IMG/VR virus record: IMGVR_UViG_2534681673_000008 | Span: 1-44,363 of that record | Direction: 5' to 3' (one strand) | Origin: a virus | Taxonomy: Duplodnaviria > Heunggongvirae > Uroviricota > Caudoviricetes | Length of the DNA: 44,363 nucleotides | Shown here: in pieces, positions 37,507 through 44,363 of the stretch | Numbering within the stretch: the first letter of the stretch is position 1 | Layout: the number at the start of each line of letters is the position of its first letter | The notes under the pieces: model-generated | Database searches by the model: none | Told to the model about the DNA's origin: nothing | What the model saw: only the letters and a program-made list of their open reading frames with translations | Made by a program: the position numbers and the translations under genes

Positions 37507-37803
37507 ATGAACGCTTATTACATTCAGGATCGTCTTGAGGCTCAGAGCTGGGCGCGTCACTACCAGCAGATCGCCCGTGAAGAGAAAGAGGCAGAACTGG
37601 CAGACGACATGGAAAAAGGCCTGCCCCAGCATTTGTTTGAATCGCTCTGCATCGATCATTTACAACGCTGCGGGGCCAGCAAAAAAGCCATTACCCGTGC
37701 ATTTGATGACGATGTTGAGTTTCAGGAGCGCATGGCAGAACACATCCGGTACATGGTTGAAACCATTGCTCACCATCAGGTTGATATTGATTCAGAGGTA
37801 TAA
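37507..37803 (+). CDS. gam: Gam, RecBCD inhibitor (GamS form, 98 aa)
   Basis: [45 protein letters not shown] matches lambda Gam. Confidence 0.9.
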   Translation: MNAYYIQDRLEAQSWARHYQQIAREEKEAELADDMEKGLPQHLFESLCIDHLQRCGASKKAITRAFDDDVEFQERMAEHIRYMVETIAHHQVDIDSEV

Positions 37804-37808
37804 AACGG

Positions 37809-38594
37809 ATGAGTACAGCACTCGCAACGCTGGCTGGGAAGCTGGCTGAACGTGTCGGCATGGATTCTGTCGACCCACAGGAACTGATCACCACTCTTCG
37901 CCAGACGGCATTTAAAGGCGATGCCAGCGATGCGCAGTTCATCGCATTGCTGATCGTCGCCAACCAGTACGGCCTTAATCCGTGGACGAAAGAAATTTAC
38001 GCCTTCCCTGATAAGCAGAACGGCATCGTTCCGGTGGTGGGCGTTGATGGCTGGTCCCGCATCATCAATGAAAACCAGCAGTTTGATGGCATGGACTTTG
38101 AGCAGGACAACGAATCCTGTACATGCCGGATTTACCGCAAGGACCGTAATCATCCGATCTGCGTTACCGAATGGATGGATGAATGCCGCCGCGAACCATT
38201 CAAAACCCGCGAAGGCAGAGAAATCACGGGGCCGTGGCAGTCGCATCCCAAACGGATGTTACGGCATAAAGCCATGATTCAGTGTGCCCGTCTGGCCTTC
38301 GGATTTGCTGGTATCTATGACAAGGATGAAGCCGAGCGCATTGTCGAAAATACCGCATACACTGCAGAACGCCAGCCGGAACGCGACATCACTCCGGTTA
38401 ACGATGAAACCATGCAGGAGATTAACACTCTGCTGATTGCCCTGGACAAAACATGGGATGACGACTTATTGCCGCTCTGTTCCCAGATATTTCGCCGCGA
38501 CATTCGCGCATCGTCAGAACTGACACAGGCCGAAGCAGTAAAAGCTCTTGGATTCCTGAAACAGAAAGCCACTGAGCAGAAGGTGGCAGCATGA
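37809..38594 (+). CDS. bet: Bet single-strand annealing recombinase (261 aa)
   Basis: Same length as lambda Bet; recognisable lambda Bet sequence. Confidence 0.95.
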   Translation: MSTALATLAGKLAERVGMDSVDPQELITTLRQTAFKGDASDAQFIALLIVANQYGLNPWTKEIYAFPDKQNGIVPVVGVDGWSRIINENQQFDGMDFEQDNESCTCRIYRKDRNHPICVTEWMDECRREPFKTREGREITGPWQSHPKRMLRHKAMIQCARLAFGFAGIYDKDEAERIVENTAYTAERQPERDITPVNDETMQEINTLLIALDKTWDDDLLPLCSQIFRRDIRASSELTQAEAVKALGFLKQKATEQKVAA

Positions 38595-39271
38595 CACCGG
38601 ACATTATCCTGCAGCGTACCGGGATCGACGTGAGAGCTGTCGAACAGGGGGATGATGCATGGCACAAATTACGGCTCGGCGTCATCACCGCTTCAGAAGT
38701 TCACAACGTGATAGCAAAGCCCCGCTCAGGAAAGAAGTGGCCTGACATGAAAATGTCCTACTTCCACACCCTGCTGGCTGAGGTTTGCACCGGTGTGGCT
38801 CCGGAAGTTAATGCTAAGGCGCTGGCCTGGGGAAAACAGTACGAGAATGACGCCAGAGCCCTGTTTGAGTTTACTTCCGGCGTGAATGTTACTGAATCCC
38901 CGATCATCTATCGCGACGAAAGTATGCGCACCGCCTGCTCTCCCGATGGTTTATGCAGTGACGGCAACGGCCTTGAGCTGAAATGCCCGTTTACCTCCCG
39001 GGATTTCATGAAGTTCCGGCTCGGTGGTTTCGAGGCCATAAAATCGGCTTACATGGCCCAGGTGCAGTACAGCATGTGGGTGACGCGAAAAGATGCCTGG
39101 TACTTTGCCAACTATGACCCGCGTATGAAGCGTGAAGGCCTGCATTATGTCGTGATTGAGCGGAATGAAAAGTACATGGCGAATTTTGACGAGATGGTGC
39201 CGGAGTTCATCGAAAAAATGGACGTGGCACTGGCTGAAATTGGTTTTGTATTTGGGGAGCAATGGCGATGA
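38591..39271 (+). CDS. exo: Exo, lambda exonuclease (226 aa)
   Basis: Same length as lambda Exo; recognisable lambda Exo sequence. Confidence 0.95.
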   Translation: MTPDIILQRTGIDVRAVEQGDDAWHKLRLGVITASEVHNVIAKPRSGKKWPDMKMSYFHTLLAEVCTGVAPEVNAKALAWGKQYENDARALFEFTSGVNVTESPIIYRDESMRTACSPDGLCSDGNGLELKCPFTSRDFMKFRLGGFEAIKSAYMAQVQYSMWVTRKDAWYFANYDPRMKREGLHYVVIERNEKYMANFDEMVPEFIEKMDVALAEIGFVFGEQWR

Positions 39272-39426
39272 AGCATCCTCACGATAATATCCGGGTAGGC
39301 GCGATCACTTTCATCTACTCCATTACAAAGCGAGGCTGGGTATTTCCCGGCCTTTCTGTTATCAGAAATCCACTGAAAGCACAGCGGCTGGCTGAGAAGA
39401 TAAATAATAAACAGGAGGATATATGA
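39268..39426 (+). CDS. Orf60a-like small protein (52 aa); start overlaps exo stop and stop overlaps the next start
   Basis: Hand-translated [52 protein letters not shown] resembles lambda orf60a. Confidence 0.6.
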   Translation: MKHPHDNIRVGAITFIYSITKRGWVFPGLSVIRNPLKAQRLAEKINNKQEDI

Positions 39427-40487
39427 GTCAGGTTGGTAATCATTCATTCGAATTTCCGGCATCGCAAGGTGTACAGGGTGGTACTGTTACACTCTTCCTT
39501 ACCATACCAGGAAGATCGCTGGCTCGTTTCCTCGCTTCAGATAATTACGGCCATACACTGGCACGCTCTCAGCGAGAAATTAATCCAAATCGAGTACGAA
39601 AATTTTTAAATTATCTCACTAACGCAGACTCAAGAAATGAGCCTTTTATCATTCCCCCTCTCGTAGGTAACTGTGATTCGAATATAGAATTTGTACCGTT
39701 TGGCAACACAAATGTTGGTATAGCCAGAATTCCCCTCGACGCCGAAATAAAACTTTTTGATGGTCAACATCGTGCAGCTGGCATTGAGATATTTTGCCGA
39801 AGTTCCCCATCAACGCTCATGGTTCCCATGATGCTTACAATGAATCTGCCGCTAAAAACCCGGCAGCAGTTCTTTTCGGACATAAATAACAACGTTTCTA
39901 AGCCATCAGCGACCATCAATATGGCGTATAACGGCCGGGATGATATTGCTCAGGGAATGATATCCTTCCTGACCCAACATACTGTATTTGCCGATATAAC
40001 CGATTTTGAACACAACGTAGTGCCATTAAAAAGTAATATGTGGGTGAGTTTCAAGGCACTCACTGATGCAACGTCAAAGTTCGCCAGGAACGGCAATCAA
40101 CAACTTGAAATGGGATATATAGAATCTGTCTGGGAGGCATGGATTACACTAACTCAGATTGACTCAATCCGACATGGTGTACACCACGCTACGTACAAGC
40201 GCGATTATATTCAGTTCCATGGAGTAATGATTAACGCTTTCGGTTTTGCGGTTCAACAGATGATGGTTAATCATTCCATCGCAGAAATAACTTCTATGAT
40301 CGAAAAACTATGTGCAACTACCAGCTCTGCAGAAAGAGAGGATTTTTTTCTGATGGATAACTGGGCGGGGATCTGCACGAAAGCCAGCCAGGAAAAACTA
40401 TCTGTTATTGCCAATGTGGCAGCGCAGAAAGCAGCAGCAAACAGACTGATACAAGCTTTTACCAAAGGAAGTCTGGAATCAACTTAA
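39423..40487 (+). CDS. DGQHR-domain protein (DndB-like / ParB-Srx fold, 354 aa) in the accessory slot downstream of exo
   Basis: Hallmark motif FDGQHRAAGIE at about residue 104; size typical of DndB family; AGGAGG Shine-Dalgarno and ATGA overlap with orf60a. Confidence 0.7.
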   Translation: MSQVGNHSFEFPASQGVQGGTVTLFLTIPGRSLARFLASDNYGHTLARSQREINPNRVRKFLNYLTNADSRNEPFIIPPLVGNCDSNIEFVPFGNTNVGIARIPLDAEIKLFDGQHRAAGIEIFCRSSPSTLMVPMMLTMNLPLKTRQQFFSDINNNVSKPSATINMAYNGRDDIAQGMISFLTQHTVFADITDFEHNVVPLKSNMWVSFKALTDATSKFARNGNQQLEMGYIESVWEAWITLTQIDSIRHGVHHATYKRDYIQFHGVMINAFGFAVQQMMVNHSIAEITSMIEKLCATTSSAEREDFFLMDNWAGICTKASQEKLSVIANVAAQKAAANRLIQAFTKGSLEST

Positions 40488-40640
40488 TGAATCAACATTG
40501 TCTCATATCAGCATGCTGTACGGCGTCTTTAAGGAACGGTGAGCATGAAAAACAAAATCATCATGGAGCTACAGGCTCCTTTTTTATTATTCGCATTCAC
40601 CCTCAAGCGTATTAACCAACAATTCAGGGATTAATGAAAG

Positions 40641-40862
40641 ATGGCAGACATCATTGATTCAGCATCAGAAATTGAAGAATTACAGCGCAACACAGCAATA
40701 AAAATGCGCCGCCTGAACCACCAGGCTATATCTGCCACTCATTGTTGTGAGTGTGGCGATCCGATAGATGAACGAAGACGCCTGGCCGTTCAGGGTTGTC
40801 GGACTTGTGCAAGTTGCCAGGAGGATCTGGAACTTATCAGTAAACAGAGAGGTTCGAAGTGA
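40641..40862 (+). CDS. TraR/DksA-family C4 zinc-finger protein (lambda Orf73-like, 73 aa)
   Basis: CxxC...CxxC motif (CCECGDPIDERRRLAVQGCRTCASCQ); 73 aa. Confidence 0.8.
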   Translation: MADIIDSASEIEELQRNTAIKMRRLNHQAISATHCCECGDPIDERRRLAVQGCRTCASCQEDLELISKQRGSK

Positions 40863-41014
40863 GCGAAATTAACTAGAAGCCAAAGATAAAATCATCGCTG
40901 AGCAGGAGAAAATCGCTAACGGAGAAAAGACAGTAAGTCAGTATATGAAAACCGCATGATATCATCAGATAAAAATCGATCGTAAAGCGAAATATTAATA
41001 CCAGAGTAAACGAG

Positions 41015-41038
41015 TCGAGGTAAATTATATTACCTCGA
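41015..41038. other. Stem-loop (9-bp stem TCGAGGTAA / TTACCTCGA) between convergent genes; no clear U-tract
   Basis: Perfect inverted repeat seen in sequence. Confidence 0.35.
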
Positions 41039-41072
41039 TAAATTAACTAAAACTTGCCCGCTATATACTATC

Positions 41073-41675
41073 TCATTCAGTATCATCACGCGCGGTCTGT
41101 GCATATGTCACTACCGCACCTAATGTATTAATTTTCTTTTCAACATAGATAATATTATCGTACTCATAATTGCCATACGGATAGCAAATGCGAATATTCT
41201 CATGTAGATCGGGGTCATCCACCTCAGCTCCAGAACAACTTTTTGAACTACCGGAAGTATACCGATACGGTGCAACATAAGACGATGTATCTCCAGGCAA
41301 AAAATAAGTTAGTGTTGTAAGAGGTATAATCAGAAAAAATCCAGCAAATATGCACATCCCTGCATAAACCTTAAGGTATGCTGACAGACTCTTCCAGCCG
41401 CTTTGTTTTACTATCCCCTTCTTAACCCAAAACAGAGATAACAGAAAAGCTATTCCCATGCTAAACAGAATGTAATAGTGGGATATACTCTGATTAAGAA
41501 ACGTGACCCTGTAAATATCTGCCCGCCACCAGAAGAAAAGGAAAATAAAGATCAGGCCTGAAACTGTCATGCAAATCAAATAAGGATACGAATCTTTTTT
41601 CATGTTTAGCGCCCATAAAATTTTTCCTGCCCCGGACAAATTTACCATCCATTTTTTGCGCAGAAAATAGCTCAT
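41073..41675 (-). CDS. Hypothetical polytopic membrane protein (200 aa; alternative ATG at 41601-41603), antisense to the early-left operon
   Basis: Three to four hydrophobic helices (e.g. YLICMTVSGLIFIFLFFWW); AT-rich; no Shine-Dalgarno evident at either start. Confidence 0.55.
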   Translation of the reverse strand: MSYFLRKKWMVNLSGAGKILWALNMKKDSYPYLICMTVSGLIFIFLFFWWRADIYRVTFLNQSISHYYILFSMGIAFLLSLFWVKKGIVKQSGWKSLSAYLKVYAGMCIFAGFFLIIPLTTLTYFLPGDTSSYVAPYRYTSGSSKSCSGAEVDDPDLHENIRICYPYGNYEYDNIIYVEKKINTLGAVVTYAQTARDDTE

Positions 41676-41917
41676 TACTTACTGCACAATAATACACAAA
41701 ATTGCGTAAATTTTTTGCATGGATTTTAGCTCTTTCAGCCGACGTTTAAGGGGTAAATAGCATTTCCTAAAAGCAACTGCACCAACCCAACAGAATGAGC
41801 TACCGCTTACGTTGAGAGCAAAAAAGTGTATAGCAGCAATGAACAGCATCCTCGCACTGACGGGGATTTCTTTTATCTGAGCTCGCTACGGCGAGTTTTG
41901 TTTTATGGAGACAAGAA

Positions 41918-42262
41918 ATGTCAGATTTGGCTATGAAGGTTTTGAAATGGCAATCAACTGGCGATGTCGGCATCAGTAGCGCAACTCTTGCCTCAATCGC
42001 ATGTGGCCTGAAAAAGAATATCTATGGTCATCACTTCGGCGCTCCCCATGACGCAGCAGACTTTCGGCGATGCGTTGCACTTGTTGAGCAGATTCCAGAA
42101 ATCAGAGATTCATTCGACAAGGTTGCAAAGCGCGTTCCGGCATTCAAAGGAATCCTCAACGAATGGGATTCACTCGTTGCTCTGTTGAAGTCTGAAATGA
42201 AGACGTACGGGAACAAAGCACCAGAGACTTACAGAAGAATCAGCGAGCTACGCAAGGACTAA
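41918..42262 (+). CDS. Hypothetical protein (114 aa)
   Basis: ORF followed directly by terminator hairpins; no recognisable motif. Confidence 0.5.
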   Translation: MSDLAMKVLKWQSTGDVGISSATLASIACGLKKNIYGHHFGAPHDAADFRRCVALVEQIPEIRDSFDKVAKRVPAFKGILNEWDSLVALLKSEMKTYGNKAPETYRRISELRKD

Positions 42263-42265
42263 CCC

Positions 42266-42294
42266 GCCTCACACTCGATGAGGCATTTTCATTT
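42266..42294 (+). terminator. Rho-independent terminator after the 114-aa ORF
   Basis: GCCTCA-CACTCGA-TGAGGC then ATTTTCATTT. Confidence 0.5.
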
Positions 42295-42319
42295 ATCAAG
42301 ATATCCAGACCTACCATCG

Positions 42320-42340
42320 CCGCATCAATGCGGTTTTTTT
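42320..42340 (+). terminator. Second terminator hairpin upstream of the excisionase gene
   Basis: CCGCA-TCAA-TGCGG followed by TTTTTTT. Confidence 0.5.
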
Positions 42341-42385
42341 ATTACCTGATTTGCAGGTTCGATTCCCTATTCGGAGATAGCACTC

Positions 42386-42586
42386 ATGCAACACGAACTA
42401 CAGCCTGATTCCCTGGTTGATTTGAAATTCATCATGGCTGATACTGGCTTTGGTAAAACCTTCATCTACGACCGGATTAAGTCCGGCGACCTGCCAAAAG
42501 CCAAAGTTATCCACGGGCGAGCAAGATGGTTATATCGTGACCATTGTGAATTCAAAAATAAGCTCTTAAGCCGCGCCAATGGGTAA
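42386..42586 (+). CDS. torI: Excisionase / recombination directionality factor, TorI(AlpA)-type (66 aa)
   Basis: Matches remembered KpLE1 TorI (MQHELQPDSLVDLKFIMADTGFGKTFIYDRI...); last prophage gene before the att core. Confidence 0.8.
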   Translation: MQHELQPDSLVDLKFIMADTGFGKTFIYDRIKSGDLPKAKVIHGRARWLYRDHCEFKNKLLSRANG

Positions 42587-42659
42587 AATAGCGGGTAAAA
42601 TATTTCTCACACCTAAAAAACACCATTCCAATCAATCCCCTGCCGCTTCAAGTAGATGT

Positions 42660-42674
42660 CTGCAGGGGACACCA
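42660..42674 (+). other. att core: 15-nt copy of the 3-prime end of tRNA-Arg (argW type), CTGCAGGGGACACCA; not a complete tRNA
   Basis: Matches remembered argW 3-prime end only; upstream sequence does not form the rest of a tRNA. Confidence 0.5.
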
Positions 42675-43115
42675 GATACCCTTCAAACGAAATCTACCTT
42701 CACCCCGTAAAAGATGGGTTTGGCAGCACACTTGCCTTATATCTACTCATTTTTACTGCAACAGGTTGAAATCTCAGCACTGTCAGAAAGCGCTGATGAC
42801 TAAACAGCCCTGGGCCGGGCGATGTAACCATCACACAGAATCCTGATAGCGAAATATGGCGTGACTCGATACTTCACTCCGCAATGCATTCCTTGATGAA
42901 TTCGCAGGACCGTGATACACGGGACAGGTCACTGAATGACGACAATGTCCTGGAAATCAGCGAACCGCGCATCTGAAGTACATTTGAGCGACTGTACCAG
43001 AACATGAATGAGGCGTTTGGATTAGGCGATTATTAGCAGGGCTAAGCATTTTACTATTATTATTTTCCGGTTGAGGGATATAGAGCTATCGACAACAACC
43101 GGAAAAAGTTTACGT

Positions 43116-44363
43116 CTATATTGCTGAAGGTACAGGCGTTTCCATAACTATTTGCTCGCGTTTTTTACTCAAGAAGAAAATGCCAAATAGCAACATCAGG
43201 CAGACAATACCCGAAATTGCGAAGAAAACTGTCTGGTAGCCTGCGTGGTCAAAGAGTATCCCAGTCGGCGTTGAAAGCAGCACAATCCCAAGCGAACTGG
43301 CAATTTGAAAACCAATCAGAAAGATCGTCGACGACAGGCGCTTATCAAAGTTTGCCACGCTGTATTTGAAGACGGATATGACACAAAGTGGAACCTCAAT
43401 GGCATGTAACAACTTCACTAATGAAATAATCCAGGGGTTAACGAACAGCGCGCAGGAAAGGATACGCAACGCCATAATCACAACTCCGATAAGTAATGCA
43501 TTTTTTGGCCCTACCCGATTCACAAAGAAAGGAATAATCGCCATGCACAGCGCTTCGAGTACCACCTGGAATGAGTTGAGATAACCATACAGGCGCGTTC
43601 CTACATCGTGTGATTCGAATAAACCTGCATAAAAGACAGGAAAAAGTTGTTGATCAAAAATGTTATAGAAAGACCACGTCCCCACAATAAATATGACGAA
43701 AACCCAGAAGTTTCGATCCTTGAAAACTGCGATAAAATCCTCTTTTTTTACCCCTCCCGCATCTGCCGCTACGCACTGGTGATCCTTATCTTTAAAACGC
43801 ATGTTGATCATCATAAATACAGCGCCAAATAGCGAGACCAACCAGAAGTTGATATGGGGACTGATACTAAAAAATATGCCGGCAAAGAACGCGCCAATAG
43901 CATAGCCAAAAGATCCCCAGGCGCGCGCTGTTCCATATTCGAAATGAAAATTTCGCGCCATTTTTTCGGTGAAGCTATCAAGCAAACCGCATCCCGCCAG
44001 ATACCCCAAGCCAAAAAATAGCGCCCCCAGAATTAGACCTACAGAAAAATTGCTTTGCAGTAACGGTTCATAAACGTAAATCATAAACGGTCCGGTCAAG
44101 ACCAGGATGAAACTCATACACCAGATGAGCGGTTTCTTCAGACCGAGTTTATCCTGAACGATGCCGTAGAACATCATAAATAGAATGCTGGTAAACTGGT
44201 TGACCGAATAAAGTGTACCTAATTCCGTCCCTGTCAACCCTAGATGTCCTTTCAGCCAAATAGCGTATAACGACCACCACAGCGACCAGGAAATAAAAAA
44301 GAGAAATGAGTAACTGGATGCAAAACGATAGTACGCATTTCTGAATGGAATATTCAGTGCCAT
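43116..44363 (-). CDS. cscB: Sucrose permease CscB (LacY-family oligosaccharide:H+ symporter, 415 aa); host gene flanking the prophage
   Basis: Matches remembered CscB (MALNIPFRNAYYRFASSYSFLFF...); 12-TM MFS protein; start codon is the last three bases of the window. Confidence 0.9.
   Translation of the reverse strand: MALNIPFRNAYYRFASSYSFLFFISWSLWWSLYAIWLKGHLGLTGTELGTLYSVNQFTSILFMMFYGIVQDKLGLKKPLIWCMSFILVLTGPFMIYVYEPLLQSNFSVGLILGALFFGLGYLAGCGLLDSFTEKMARNFHFEYGTARAWGSFGYAIGAFFAGIFFSISPHINFWLVSLFGAVFMMINMRFKDKDHQCVAADAGGVKKEDFIAVFKDRNFWVFVIFIVGTWSFYNIFDQQLFPVFYAGLFESHDVGTRLYGYLNSFQVVLEALCMAIIPFFVNRVGPKNALLIGVVIMALRILSCALFVNPWIISLVKLLHAIEVPLCVISVFKYSVANFDKRLSSTIFLIGFQIASSLGIVLLSTPTGILFDHAGYQTVFFAISGIVCLMLLFGIFFLSKKREQIVMETPVPSAI

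Noticed and set aside
41015-41038. Intrinsic terminator between orf73-like gene and the membrane protein gene
   Set aside because: Perfect 9-bp stem but no U-tract on either strand; reported only as a stem-loop.
42640-42680. Possible tRNA-Arg gene
   Set aside because: Only the terminal 15 nt match the tRNA 3-prime end and the upstream sequence does not form acceptor or T arms; interpreted as the att core duplication.

Overview
This window is almost entirely one lambdoid prophage, read mostly on the minus strand, ending at an att core next to the host sucrose permease gene cscB. The structural arm is organised like phage lambda (nu1-A-W-B-C/nu3-D-E-FI-FII-Z-U-V-G/T-H-M-L-K-I-J-lom-stf-tfa) with cos at about 23.04 kb. 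The right arm is a mosaic: a phage-21-type pinholin and SAR endolysin with lambda-like Rz/Rz1/bor, an ompC-family porin moron, a DLP12-like nin region (Q, ylcG, rusA, ybcO, ninE, ybcN, serine recombinase, emrE), ren-P-O with ori iterons, a non-lambda immunity region (CI-type repressor, YdaS-like Cro, YdaT-like protein), lambda Red genes (gam, bet, exo) and a TorI-type excisionase. No integrase, complete tRNA, CRISPR array or rRNA was found in the window. Two things stand out. First, a perfect 34-bp loxP site replaces the middle of portal gene B, which indicates a deliberate Cre-lox knockout. Second, the accessory slots carry uncharacterised cargo: a DGQHR (DndB-like) protein translationally coupled behind exo-orf60a, a 309-aa protein with a KilA-N-like N-terminus in the nin region (possible BstA-like abortive-infection gene), and an antisense membrane protein plus a 114-aa ORF next to xis. 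All homology calls are from reading the translated ORFs against remembered protein families; no database search was run.
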